From Lama glama (taxonomy: Eukaryota), in NCBI GenBank assembly GCA_028534125.1, contig CM052818.1, positions 36,954,001 through 37,018,000 on the forward strand: a stretch of DNA of 64,000 bases. The letters run 5' to 3'. Shown piece by piece: positions 24,611 through 37,502 of the stretch (the stretch's first letter is position 1; each line of letters begins with the position of its first letter). Position numbers and translations under genes: made by a program. Below the pieces are notes generated by a model. It saw only the letters and a program-made list of their open reading frames with translations. It made no database searches and was not told where the DNA came from.

Positions 24611-26439
24611 TTTTACCTGCCCGTGTGAATATGTGCTGTGTGCACCTGCCTGGGTGCTGTTTGTGTCCGGGTGGTTAGGTTTCGGTCCGTGCGTGTTTCA
24701 CATGCATTTGTAGGATGCCACGTGTGTGTGGGCAGTGCCTGTGGGCTGGTGGTCTGAGGCTTAATTGGTCAGGCCCTGTTTGTGGCTCTTATGAACCCCA
24801 GAGCCCAGTTTATGTCTCTTTTGGAACTGAGCTGCCTTGTGTACCTTGAAGCCCTGAAATGCAGCTTCGGTCAGGGAGTTAAGAGATCTGAGTTAATCCT
24901 AGCTCCCCACTGTGCCCCCAGTGGAAAATGGGGATTGGGACACCTTCCCCTCCAGGCACCTTATTTCACCATATTTAAGCCAGGGGGCTGGGCCGGATGA
25001 AGCCCAGATCCCTCCCAGCTCTGCTCCAGGTTGGTTCCATGATTCCTAAGTTCTTATGCATCTCCTTTCTGTACTTTCCCCACCCTCTGGCCCCCAAAGA
25101 GTCCTTCTCTTCCATTCCTCTAGAGGAGAAGGATATGCTCGCAGGAAAGAATGAATGAATGGTGTGTGCCCAGGGGAATGTCATATGCAGATGCAGTGTC
25201 CTGTTTTCTGAGCATCCCTGCACTCTACCTTTGCAAGTGGAAGCAGCCGTGACCGTCAGTGTGAACCTAGAGGCCAAGTGTCTTGATACAGCTGGCCCGT
25301 CTGGAGCAGGGAAGGGGCTGGCAAGAACCAAAGGAAGCAGAAAGAGAGGAGGACGTCAGGATTCCCTTCTTTGTTGTGGGACAGGAGTTCTCATCTGAGT
25401 GAGGGCTGGAGGAAACTGTGAAGGGACAGGCTGAGCGGCTCCAGGTCCCAGGTGCGGACTCCTAGTAGTTAACGCAGCCGTGCCCTCCCCACGCCTGCTG
25501 CAGAGGTGAGGGGTCGGCTCCCGGTTGTGCACTGCGCCTGGACAACCCCAGGGAGCGTTACTCACATTCCTTGTCATCCTAAGTTTATATCACCATTATG
25601 CCAATTTTCCAGCAGATGGCCATAAAGTGTCTCGAGAAAGCAAGGTCTGTTTCTTCTTTTATAATTCTTGCAAGGACACCATCTTGGCTAGTAAGGGGTC
25701 TGTGCTTTTGGATCACTTTTGCTGCCTCCGTCTGTTCTCCAGCCCTCCCTGTGTCCCCCTTCCAGGTCCCCTGCCACAGCCTCCTTCCTCCTCCCTCACC
25801 CCTAACTCTCTGTTTACCCCTGAGATTTTCATTTAGTAATTGCAGGAATCAGGTAAAAATGAACAGCCATGGGGAAGGTACACAGCTCGAAGCTGCTGTG
25901 AAGTGTGCCCACCTCAGTTTTCCTCCTGAGTGAGGTGCGCTGTGATGGTGCTGAGCCCCTTCCTTGATAGGATTCACTTCTGACCTCTCCTCTTTTTGGT
26001 TTCTTGGATCAGCCCTCCCTACTCCCTGTCCAGTCTTGCTTGTCAAATATTCCTGGGTTGAAGGACCTTAGTCTCCTCTCCCCCATCCTTGTTATGCTGT
26101 ATGGTAGCTCTTGCCCCTGACTGCAGAGGAGAGAGGGAGGCCCTCTTAATGTGTAAGTCCTATTGCTGGGCCTGTGAATCCAAACATCTTGGATGAGACT
26201 TGCTGATGACAAGACTGGACGTGCCGGCTTCTGTCTCCTTAGGACTTTGCTGGTTCATCTAGGCTAGGTGATCCTGGTTGTTCGTAGAAACAATAGAAAC
26301 AAAGCCATGCTGACGACAGGAAAGGTAATATTTTAGAACAGGCATCTTGAGTGCTGAGGGTAGAGGCTCCTGGGTGCCAGTGGATTCTGCTACGTAGTCC
26401 CTTTGGCTTTCATAAAGAAGGTCATCTCTTGGAAAGATC

Positions 26440-26620
26440 TTGGACTTGGAGGTCAGCAGAGTTTGAGTCCCAGTTCTGCTACTTTCTACCTCTGCCACCT
26501 TTGATATGAATTTTCAACCTCAACTTTCTGATCTGTAAAATGGAATGATAGTAGTTACCTTGCCTATGGAACTGGATTTTTTTGACCCTAAGCTGGGATG
26601 AAGCATAAGAAAGACTTTTG
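26440..26620 (+). mobile_element. MIR
   Basis: 'gagtttgagtcccagttctgctact...cctcaactttctgatctgtaaaatggaatgatagtag'. Confidence 0.8.
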
Positions 26621-27724
26621 AGGACTGTGAACATCTTAAGTGAAAGATTATCCATATCTATGGCAAGAATTCTTAACCCATCCCTTACCCTCATCTCTCA
26701 GGCAGTAACACAATTTTGAGGCCTAGCAGTTTTGGACTCACTGTCTGCCTCAAGGATAGATCAACATTAATTATGTTTGATGCTTTATTTCAACGCCCTT
26801 CTTTATTTCATCAACGTTTGGTATCAAGTGTGTCATGGAGAAATGTGGTCAGCACACAAAGGGGATGCCCACTGGGGAAACCCATCCACCCTGCTGGGAC
26901 TAACAGGACCAATGGTTGGCCAGTGATAAAATAAATCCAGTCTGAGGAATAAGCACTTGTGCTTAATGTACCATTGCGTCCAGGGAACTATGACCTTCAA
27001 GCCCTCCCTTCCCAGGACCAGCTGATGCGCACAGGCTCTTCAGATGCCAGGGCTCTGTTGGAGGGACGAGGCTTGTGCATTGAACCTCCGACTGGGCTTC
27101 TCAGCTTTCTGCTCCAGGTGGGTGCCCAGGACATGAATGTACAGGTGATCCCTTCCCCCAGATCCAGAGCCCAACCCCGCTGAACCCGGACATCTCAGCA
27201 TGCCGACAGGGGCTCTGCATGGAGTCTGCGGGCAAAGGATGGAACCTGTTCCCTTCCCTGCTGAGAAGAGCTGGGAGTGGGCAATTAATGGATCTGCCTG
27301 AGCCATTTCTTCTTTAATTTTCCCCGGGGTCACTTGCCGAAACAAAACTGACTCAGAGAAAGGAGTTCCTCAGCATTTGGAATACATTGATACATAGGTG
27401 AAGCAAATCAGTTTGATTTTTCCCTACACTTTCAACACTTTGTTTCTGAATAATAATAAAAAAAAATTCCCTGAAGCAAATACTATTTTGAGACTAATTT
27501 CTGGAGGCTCCTAGCACGCAAATCACTCTTTTTCTTGCTGTGATGTTCCTTTTAGTCCTAAAAAGAAAAGACTTAGAAGGAGTTGATGGCTTTTATTTTT
27601 CAAACACTGAGCAGGTGTCTTGAGGAGGAAGCCCTAAAAGCTTTGGTGGCTCTAGGGGACAGAGCAGGGGGAGACAGGCAGAGGGGCCAGATGGAGATTT
27701 GGGCTGGAAATCAGAATACTCCAA

Positions 27725-28000
27725 TTCAGCAGTTCCCAACCAGCCTCGCTGTAGAACCATTTGGGAAGGTTTTTTAAAAACCATGTGGACAGATTTTTTA
27801 AAGAACCAGTTCCCACACCCCTCCCTAGGTAATTTTGATTTAGCTTGTCTGATACAGAGTCTGGGAATCATGTTTAAAGACTCATTCTATACCTAGAGAG
27901 TCAGAATTATCATACAAGAAATGGGGAAAATTTATTTCTAAAAACTACCCACAGTGATTTTGATGCAAGCGGGTTCCAGTGCCCATTTTCAAAAATGACT
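27725..28000. mobile_element. MER5-like hAT-Charlie fragments
   Basis: 'cagcagttcccaacc...agaaccatttgggaagg...ttttgatttagcttgtctg...ctgggaatcatgttt' and 'agtgattttgatgcaagc'. Confidence 0.5.
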
Positions 28001-28569
28001 GGTCATTTCAAGATGCTCCATAAAGTTTTGGGGGCTCCCTGGGATAGAGCACCCTGTCACTCACTGGGGGTTCTCCGGCAGGTGCGGTAGGGAGCCTCTT
28101 GCTGGAGGGTGGGGTGGGGCTGACTGTGTGATCTCAAAGCCCAGCTCTGACTTTGCATCAGCTGCTGCAGACATCACTTGTGTCCCCCAGAGCTGTCTGC
28201 TTGATGTAAAGCCATGTTCAGATTCATGTCCAATGTGAATGGAAGACCTGGTTGGAAAGAAAGAGGCCATAGTGGAGGTGGGGGTGGTGGGGGCTTCTTC
28301 AACCATGAGAGCCCCTCTTGGGCCAGTCTCTATGAGCTCTGGGAGTAAACTATAGACTTCTCTGCCTTGGCACTTTTGTTTTACATCCATCTTCCTGCAT
28401 CAAGCACTTTGTACTTGCCTCTCTGTCTATCCACTTAACCGTCGTTGAAGACTCATCTTAACGTTCCATCTTCCATGAAGCCTCCTTTTGCAAACGTGTC
28501 AGGGGTGAGCTTAATTTATCCTCAGGGGGTGTATGTCATGAACACAAACAACGAAACAAACCCAACCTT

Positions 28570-28780
28570 TAATCCAAAGACCTAAGTTTGGGCCAACGTT
28601 CTGTTCATGTTCAGTCATATGCCAGAGATCTTGGACAAGTCAATGTTTTTGGTTGAATTTCTCAGCTGTAATGTTCGGGTACTAATGCATAATCGGGTTG
28701 TCAAAAAGGATTAAGTGAGATTATGTTCGGTGTTGTGTAAATGATAAATGTTATAGAAATGTGAAGAGCTGTTGTTGTTA
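28570..28780 (+). mobile_element. Degraded MIR
   Basis: 'tcttggacaagtcaa...tttctcagctgtaa...ggattaagtgagattatgt'. Confidence 0.6.
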
Positions 28781-28904
28781 CCTTAAACTCTAGTCTTGTG
28801 AGAATTACAGAAAGCTCTCATCTGAGTCAAAAGGATTTTATAAAATTTTTTAGACCTTTAATTTGCAGAAATAAATGAAGTCTTTTTCTTTTGTTTCCTC
28901 CCTC

Positions 28905-29170
28905 CATGCAATGCACATTTGTTGGAGACTTACTATGGACGGGGCTTGGCACTGGGGAGACCACGAGGAACTAGGTCAGGTTTATGCTTTTATACAACTC
29001 ATAGTATAATGAGGGAGAGATGTTAAAAAAGAAATTATTCTAAATTGGGAAGCATCCTATGACAGAGAGAAATGCCCTGGGTTTAGAGACTGGGCAGAGG
29101 AGGGAGTAGGGCAGGAGGAACTTCTTAGTAAAACTGATGTTTGCATTGAAAATTTTCCAGGAAGATATGC
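28905..29170 (-). mobile_element. L2 3' fragment
   Basis: 'acatttgttggagacttactatggacgggg...cactggggaga...ctcatagtataatgagggaga'. Confidence 0.65.
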
Positions 29171-29189
29171 AGGAATAAAGTCTTTAGTC

Positions 29190-29795
29190 ATTTAAAATTG
29201 TATCTGGGATGTTCTCAATGAGACATGGTAGACACTCTGGATTTTTTGGTTCTCTTCCTCAGAAAAGTGTTGGCTGGACTGAAACTCTCAACTCTGTCTC
29301 CTTTAGTAGAAATAGCAGCAAAATTCTCTGCTCTGTTCTTTCAGACTCAGCTGGGCATCTTCGTGTCTGTCCCACACATGTGTTGTTCTGGAGACAGCCA
29401 GAGATTTGGGCAGAACTTAAAAGCAGAATACAGGGCCCCCCTCCTGGGCTCATTCCCTTTCGGATTACCTTCTCCTCCTCCCAGCAACTACAGGGGCCAT
29501 GAATTCTGTCCTCTGCATCAGCAAGCCAGTAAGACCTCTGAGGGATTTCTGCCAGGTTTTAACTGTGACACTTGCTGCTTCAGTGAAAGTCTGCCTTCAG
29601 TTAAAAAATATAAAAGTAGAGAATTAACCCAGTGCCATTCCCTCCTTCCAATTGTGGCTCCCCCCCACCCCAAGTATCATCTTATTTTTGACATTTTCAT
29701 GTTGCCGTTTTAAAAAATATTTTCCACAGTGTATAGTTGTTATCTGCAGGAGAGCTGGTCTGATAGGAGATACCTGGTCATCACACTTAAGAAGC
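29190..29795 (-). mobile_element. Old L1M 5' region fragment
   Basis: 'gacagccagagatttgggcagaactta' and 'gtatagttgttatctgcaggagagctggtctg' resemble antisense L1M 5' UTR. Confidence 0.55.
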
Positions 29796-30124
29796 AAACT
29801 GTTTAATTAGAGGGACAGGAATCCAGCACAAGGAGAAGTCAGAGAATGACTCCAGAAACATGACAGGGCCAAGTGCATCATTCACTCACATATTTATTTT
29901 TCCAACAAACAATGTTTGAGCATCTGTTGCGGGTGGAGCTCTTCTCCTGGCACAAGATGACATAATGTTGGCTGTAGATATACTTTCTATAGTCTTTCAA
30001 GCTAAGAGAGATTATTTAGAATAAGTTGATTTAAGAAGAGATCTGAAAAAAGAAAAAAAAAAACCACCCAGGATTAAGCTTTTCAGAGGGGACATAAAAA
30101 ACGGTCTACATTTTTGCTTTCCTA

Positions 30125-31240
30125 CACGGTCTCCACTGGCCCATATGGTTATTGATGACTTGAATTATGATTAGTCTGAAATGAGATGTGCCGTAAGTAT
30201 AAAATACACATCAGGTTTTATAGACTCAGTACAAAAAACAAAAGTAAAATATCTCATTAATACTTTTCCATAATGTACTCTTTTGGATACATTTGATTAC
30301 ATAGACATATTATTGTAATTAATGTCACCTATGTCTTTTTACTTTTTGATGTGTGCTATTGTGACACCAACTCCAGTGTATCTGTGTATGTTCCATGCCA
30401 TCAAGCAATTCTGTGACACCAGCTGGGTGTCCCACGAATTGAACTCAGTTCTGACACTCTGTCTGGATATCGGCAGATCCCACGGGTCAAGGGTTCAGCT
30501 GCACAAGACTGACCCCACTTCAGATGCCAGTCACAAGTCCAAGTTGTCACCTGTGATTCTGACCAACTAGCTATAGATTGGAGGTTCCTATCACCCCCTT
30601 TTTGGGTTCACTTAATTTGCTAGAGTGGCTCACAGAGCAGAGAGACATTTTACTTAATAGAGTACCAGTTTATTATAAAGGGCTATAACTCAGGAATAGG
30701 CAGGCAGAAGACAGTCTTAGGGCAAAGTGTGTGGGGAGTGTTGCAGAGCGTGCTGCTCTACAAATGCGCCAAATGCTCTCCTGGAATCTCCACGTGTTCA
30801 CCAGCCTGGAAGTTCTCTAAACCCCATTCTTTTGGATTTTTGTGGATGCTTCATTACATAGGCATGATTGATAAAACCAATGGCCACTAGCCATAAATTC
30901 CATCTCCAGCCTCTCTCCCTTCCCTGGAGGTCAGGGGGGCAGGAAGGAAAGTTCCAACCCTCTAATTACATGATTGGTTCCCTTGGCAACCAGCTGCCAT
31001 CCTTAGGTGCTTTCCAAAAACCACCCGGTTAACATAAACTTAAGTGTGATTGAAAGGGTTTTTTTTTTTTAATGAAAATTAAGACACCTTATCACAAGGG
31101 TTTTAGGCTTTTAGGAGCTTGGGTGTTAGAAATGAGAGGAAGACCAAATATATATTTCTCATTATAAATCACAATATTACTTTGTGCCTAATTGACATTA
31201 CACATATAGCTCACATTATTTTTCTATTGGACAACAGTGG
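30125..31240. mobile_element. MER33 hAT-Charlie element split by a MER21 LTR
   Basis: 'gagatgtgccgtaagtataaaatacacatcagg...aaaatatctcattaata' resumes after the LTR as 'attacacatatagctcacattatttttctattggacaac'. Confidence 0.85.
30360..31180 (-). mobile_element. MER21-like solo LTR
   Basis: 'aagcaattctgtgacaccagctgggtgtcc...cacttcagatgccagtcacaagtcc...agaccaaatatatatttctcattataaatcacaatattac'. Confidence 0.9.
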
Positions 31241-31257
31241 TCTGGACAGGTCTAGAC

Positions 31258-31592
31258 CAAGGGTCAGAAAGCTCTTTAAAAGGGTCAGCTAGCAAATATT
31301 GTATATTGTGCAGGCCACGTGGTCTCTGTTGCATCTCTGCTGTTGTGGTGCAAAGGCAGTATAGATAATACATAAATGAATGAGTGTGGACGTGTCACAG
31401 TAAAACTTTATTTATAGACACTGATATGTGAAGGTCATATAATTTTAAGGTATCCCCAGACATCATTACTCTTTTGATTATTCCCCCCTCCTCCATCATT
31501 TAAATAGATAAAAACCATTTTCAGTTTTCAGGATCTACAAAACCAGGTGGCAGGCTGAATTTGGCCTGTGTACCATTGTTTGCCAAACCATG
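31258..31592 (+). mobile_element. MER58B-like hAT-Charlie element
   Basis: 'caagggtcagaaagc...gcaggccacgtggtctctgttgca...aaaactttatttat...ggtggcaggctgaatttggcctg...tttgccaaaccatg'; flanks GTCTAGAC/GACTAGAA resemble an 8-bp hAT TSD. Confidence 0.85.
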
Positions 31593-31699
31593 GACTAGAA
31601 CATCATTTTGAAGGGCCTGAGAAACAACTGGCTTTGAAAAGTATCATGTTAAATAAAACCCATGGGATGCTGAATCACTGTTCGCAATTATTCCTGATC

Positions 31700-32112
31700 T
31701 CTGGCTTAGAATTCCATAATCATACCCTTTTTCATGTGCATGGACTTGACCATGAGACTTATGCTGGCTAAGGGGACGTGGTAGAAATGGCCAGTTCTAG
31801 GTTGAAGCTTGAAATGAATTGTGAATTCCCACCTACCTTCTTGAAATTTCTGTCATTAGCATGAAACAAGCTTCCTCTGGGTAGCTCTTGCCATTTTAGC
31901 CTGGATCCCAGAATAAGCACTGTGGAATAGACCAGAGCACAAACTTGAGTTGAGATATATACCATTCCCAGCCTGAATTTCATCTTGAAGCAGAGCCGCC
32001 TAGACAAGCCCAGTGTACATCAGCAAATTCACAAAAGCTCCACAAGTAAGGGACATCTGTGTGTCACTAAGTTTCTGTAATTGCTCATTACACAGCGTTT
32101 GCTGACCACTAC
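31700..32112 (+). mobile_element. MaLR LTR (MLT1H/I-like)
   Basis: 'ttgaccatgagacttatgctggc...agcctggatcccagaataag...gaagcagagccgcc'. Confidence 0.65.
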
Positions 32113-35100
32113 AAATTCAATTTTCATTTTCTTTTTTTGTATCTCACTTTATATCTACCCATTCTGTCCTAATCAGCAAAATCCAGGCACTTTTCTACCC
32201 ATCGAAAGCACCATGGCTGCTGCATTAGTATAGCACTTGCTTCTAGGATTTCTCAGTTTAAGGTATTGTTTATTTCATGCTGACAATGGGAGAAAGACAG
32301 CCAGTTAATCTAGATGCAATTGAATTTAGAAATAACTCAAATCTAATTTTACTCACTTCTCCATTCCCAAGTTACTCTTTCTGCTTCCTTTGGTTGTGTG
32401 TGTTTCAAATCATTTCCCACTGTTTATTTTTAATTTCTACTTTATTTTAATTATTTAATAGGTGGCATCTGTGCAGTGCCTGTCATTCATCGAGCAGTTT
32501 GTTTTCTGCTTATGGAATCACAAAAATATTTAATCTGCTGCTTCAGTGGTGTCATCAGCACTCAGACTCTAGACCACAGGATTCCTCTCTTCTCTGTTTG
32601 GAAGAACACGATTCTCTGAGGTGTCTGGGGTCCTCTGAAAAGCCAGCACCCAAACCATACCTGAGCCCAGTCAATGGCAAGTCAGAAGGATTTCCTTCTT
32701 TCTCTGCTGCTTTTGAGAAAGTGTATGTTTTCTTAAATGTCCCCAGGCGATATGACGTGGATGACCTGCTCAAGGACTGGTGTTAGGGACCAGTGCTGGA
32801 ACTATCTATGTTTTCCCAAGCCAGATCACCTCTCCTTTTAGGGGGCTGCATCCACTGGAGGGGGTGAACCAAGATGTGGATCTCTAGGACTGTCTCTGCT
32901 CATACTCCAGAAGCCTGACTCTAGAAGCCAAGGGAGTTCTGAGCCATAGGATGGAGTTGCCACAGAGAGGAAGAGATTGAAGGAGATGGAGAGAGAGGCC
33001 CTTTAGAAAATAATTAGCAGAAGAATAATGATGATGCAATCAGCATTTATCAGCATCATCTTATTCATTCCCAAAATATTTTACAATTTTCAGAGTTCAG
33101 GAGTTACCAGTCCTGTGGGTTTTCTGCTGTTGCCTTCTCATTTGGGGACTTCCTCATCTCTAAAATGGGTTGGCTCAATGAAACAGCCTCCTAGGGCTTT
33201 GCCATTCCAGGCAATGGATGAATTCCATGTTCATGATCTAATTCAAAATAATTTCAAACTTGAAATATATGTTCTCATTTTTTTTTCTTGCACTTTTATG
33301 AAGAGTCTAAAATCTTGCTAATACTTTGTGCAAAGTCTGTTTTCGATTCTGAAATGATGATTGCAATGGCCGTTTGCACCCCAGTGAGAACCAGTGTGTG
33401 AAGCCATTTATGGTCCCCAACACCATCTGAAGAGAATTTGACCATGGATGTGGGCAGGTTGACCATCTGGGGGAAGGGTGTGATGCCTGGGAAACAGTGG
33501 CGTGGGCACATTTAGTTGGGTTGCAAAGGAAAGGAAAACTCATTGAGTGGAATGTAGGGAGCTGTTTTGGGCTCTAGAAGGTTCCCTGGAGCCAAGCAGT
33601 GGGGTTTCCAGACAAACCAGAACAGTCTGCCCTACAACAGATTGCAGATGGGCTGGGAAGACGATACCCAGGAAGCAGCAGGAACAAGCAAGAGAGACTC
33701 CTGCCTGGGTTCCCAGCCTCCACTCTGGGCCCTGAACCATCTGTTCTGTTCTCGGCAGAGCAGTCAGTATGAATGCTGTAAGACTTACATCAGACTGACT
33801 TTTTTCTTAAAACCCTTCCAGAGCTTCCTATCCCTCCAAGAGTGGAGTCGACCTGATCACCATCCTTGATCAAACTCTGTCTGGTTGCTGACCTCATTTC
33901 CTCCCTGCCCTCGTCTTGCCTCTTTAAGGATTCAGGTAGGACAGTATGGAGGGCTTGCTAGAGCTTGCTGGAAATATTTTTGTTTTTTCAGAAGAATTTA
34001 TTCATCAAATAGAGTCGGAGCCAGATGAACCCTGATATCTTTCCATAATTCTCAGCTACGTGTAGTCCCTCATTTTCATCTGAAAGCACCATTGTTTGAA
34101 CTTATGTTGCTGTTTGATCTTTGTTGCTAATTTATTTAATTTTTTCCTACTCTTTATCTTGTATTATTTGTGTCAATACACAACACAGTATCTTTTAACA
34201 GCTAAATCAGATGTTGGCATAACTATAGGGCTGAACTGGTGGTAGATGCTTCTTGGTTGAGTTGGACTTTATTCTTGAAGGGCTAATTGATTGCATCTAG
34301 CAGGCATAGTCAGGGAGGGCTTCCTGGAGGAGACAAGGCTTAAACTGGCCATTGTCATATAAACTTGGAAAGAAAGAGAGAAAAGGAGACAATTTAAGTA
34401 TAACAGTGCCAGCAAAAGGATCTGAATTCTAAAAATGGCAATAACTCCTTCCTACCTTTCCTGCTGTGAAAGAAAGTCTCTCTCCAAATTCTCATTATGT
34501 GCAAGAAAGAGGGAAATAGGACAGTAGGCCTCCCGCTAGCACTGAGATTATTGTGAGCATGCTCCCTTCACAGGGACAGTCATTCAGGTTCTGGCCCCGC
34601 ACTTCTGGGAACACACGTCTGGCAAGCGATAACATCTGTCCAAGTTCCAATCTCCTGCCAAAACCCTGCCTCTGTCGACCTCCCCCTCCCGTTCTCCTGC
34701 CCCAAGGAGTAGAAAGGGAGAGAAGGACATGAAACTGACAAACTGTTATGACTCTGAACCACAGCCGAGCTTACTGAGATATGTCACCAAAGTGGACTAA
34801 TAACGTGGTGTTTTGGAAATGTAATTGGAGTAAATGGAGAGCAAATTACTGAAACAAATGTTAAAAGTAGAAATCGTTAAAAAAAAAAAAACAACTCACA
34901 AAACCCCCAAATCTGAATTTCTGTTTTATCTACCTATCACGTCGCTTGACTGTGTTTTGGACTGCAGATGTCCAAAACTACACATCTTCCATAGGGCAGA
35001 AAACGTCCTGGGTCCTGGATAGAAGGAGATGGTGTTGATAAATGAACTTATCACCCAGAGGACACATTTCCTGGTATGAATGGGTTGCTATAGCTTCTAG

Positions 35101-35150
35101 ACGATCCAGGTCAACTTAGTCCAAGACTTTCTGAAAAGCTTTGACTTCAA

Positions 35151-35153
<3 letters not shown>

Positions 35154-35188
<35 letters not shown>

Positions 35189-35195
35189 TGTGTGT
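35154..35195. repeat. (TG)n microsatellite
   Basis: Seen directly. Confidence 0.95.
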
Positions 35196-35226
35196 ATCTA
35201 TATATAAAATTAAGCCTTAATAATTT

Positions 35227-35529
35227 TTTAATTTTTATTTTTTAAACATTTTTATTGAGTTATAGTCATTTTACAATGTTGTGTCAATTTCCAGTGTAGA
35301 GCACAATTTTTCAGTTATACATGAACATACATATATTCATTGTCACATTTTTTTTTCACTGTGAGCCACCACAAGATCTTGTATATATTTCCCTGTACTA
35401 TACAGTATAATCTTGTTTATCTAGTCTACATATGCCTGTCAGTATCTACAAATTTTGAACTCCTAGTCTATCCCTCCCTCCCTCCTCCCCCTTGGCAACC
35501 ACAAGTTTGCATTCTATGTCTATGAGTCT
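35227..35529 (-). mobile_element. Young 5'-truncated L1 (3' UTR only) with 16-bp TSD
   Basis: TAAGCCTTAATAATTT (35211-35226) and TAAACCTTAATAATTT (35530-35545) flank it; homologous to the L1 3' UTR at ~16100-16400. Confidence 0.93.
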
Positions 35530-37344
35530 TAAACCTTAATAATTTAATTCCAAGACCTGTAGGAAATAGAGAATGAATATTGGAGCTTGCTCCCTAAAAT
35601 GTATAGACTTTAGACTTATTGAAGGAACTAGAATTACAAAATTATCTCATCTCAGAAAAAAAAAATGATCCTTGACACCATCTTTGCCTTTTAAAGGTAA
35701 ACTGTGTAATCAGCTGGCTGTCAGGCTGTTTAACAAAGTAAAGAATATTAAAATATTTGTCTTGGCTTCTGCACTTCCTCAGTGCTGTAAAAAAAATCAC
35801 AGACTCGAGCCTGCCAATCATTTATCTGGCTGTTTGGATGAAGGAGTTTGATGGAGGCAATAGTCTGTAACTAAACGAGACGCCTGCAAAATGTGGGCTC
35901 TCGGGTGGCCTGATGGTATTTCCCAGAGTGAATCCCAGAGGCAGCTTTCCCCACTGCGCATGTGGGTGGATGAATTAAGCTTCAGGGTTCCTTTGGAAGG
36001 TCATCGCTGGTTTCTTCCTTTACAAGGCTTTTGAGGGGTGAAAACCCATCCTGGGGCTGCCAGTGTCATGGGGTTCATGCCGAGAACCTCTTTGTTTTCT
36101 TGCTCCGATAATGTCAACTGTTGGGGTCTCTGAGGATGCACCCTATGAGGAGTACTCCTTCTGTCTTCCCTGGCTCTGAGGAAGTTATGAACTGAACGAA
36201 GAGTAAGAATGCACTCCAAGTGTATCACTGAGAACGGCCAAGTTGGAGGTCATGGATACAGTTCTGTGAGCCAAGTGGGCTTGTTCATTCTAAGTCTCAG
36301 ACCTGGGCAGGCTCCCGCCCCCCACCCAGGTAGCACTGAACAGGACAGGGCTTTTCACAGGGAATGGGCTGCCCAAGCAAGTGTTTTGGGAGAACTCTTC
36401 CCTCTAGACTGGCTGGATCCCAGAAGTAATGAAGTTAGAGTTCAAGTGAGCATCCTTAGTTATTTTTCTCGAATTCCCCAGTCAAATGAATAATGTGTTG
36501 AGAGATGGGGAGAGATCAAAGTTTGTCAGCCATGGAGTTCCCTCCGCTTGGAAGGAAACTTCAGGGATGGAGAAAGAGCTTCCTCTACCTTGAATATCAA
36601 CTCATGTAGGAATGTGCCCCTTGCTGGTGGGCCAAGTTCTCAGCCTTGTCTGCTCAAGTGCACTCCTCCCGCTCTGTTCCGCAGTTCCCTGTTTCTTCAT
36701 GCAGACACAGTTGCTGCAACTTTAACCTACTGTGTTAAAGATTAGTGCCCATGCACCAAACACAAATAGAGGGGTGCATGGCAGTGAGGTGGCTCTTAGA
36801 TCCTCTCCGCTGCGTTTCCCAAGGCTTCTGCCAGGCTGTGGACTGGTATTATCTCCCATTCATGGGAAGGCAGCCGTGTTCTCTGGGACCTCCTGGAATT
36901 CTCTCTCCCACACTGTAATTCACACTGCATGCTATCACTGGACTGATTTTCTGAAAACACTACTCTTACTGAGTCACTCAGACTCTCTGAGTCTCCATTT
37001 CCTCACTGGCAAAATGGATATGTTTATGTTTTCCCTGCTTGCCTACCTCATCTCGCTGTTGAAAGGACAAACAAGACCACAGATGGAAAAGTGCCCTGTA
37101 AATTGGCAAGTGTTGTGTATACGTGGATGTATCAGCCCATCCCCAGATCAAGTTTGCTGTAGTGGGCTTGGGGTTCAAAGCCTTCATAGACAGGCATGTT
37201 CCAGACCTCCTCTCCCCTTGTTATCCTGCAGTCGTGGTTCTTTTTTCCTCCCTTACCCCTCCCTCCAGGAAGCTTTCCTGATTGCTCCTACCCTCAGGAT
37301 TCTCCCTCTCATCTGAGCTCTTACAGATTCATAGTTGGAATAAA

Positions 37345-37502
37345 TGGGTCTCAACCATGGCTGCACATTAGAAAACCCAGAGAGCTTCTGCGTCTCCCCT
37401 CAGAACAACTGAATTAAAATCTTTTGGGAGTGAGGCCAGGATAACTGTTTTCTAAAAGCTCTCCAATGATGCTAACGTACAGCCAGGGTAAAGAACCCCT
37501 GG
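37345..37502. mobile_element. MER5A-like hAT-Charlie element
   Basis: 'tctcaaccatggctgcacattagaaaaccc...aaaagctctccaatgatgctaacgtacagccagggtaaagaacccctg'. Confidence 0.85.
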
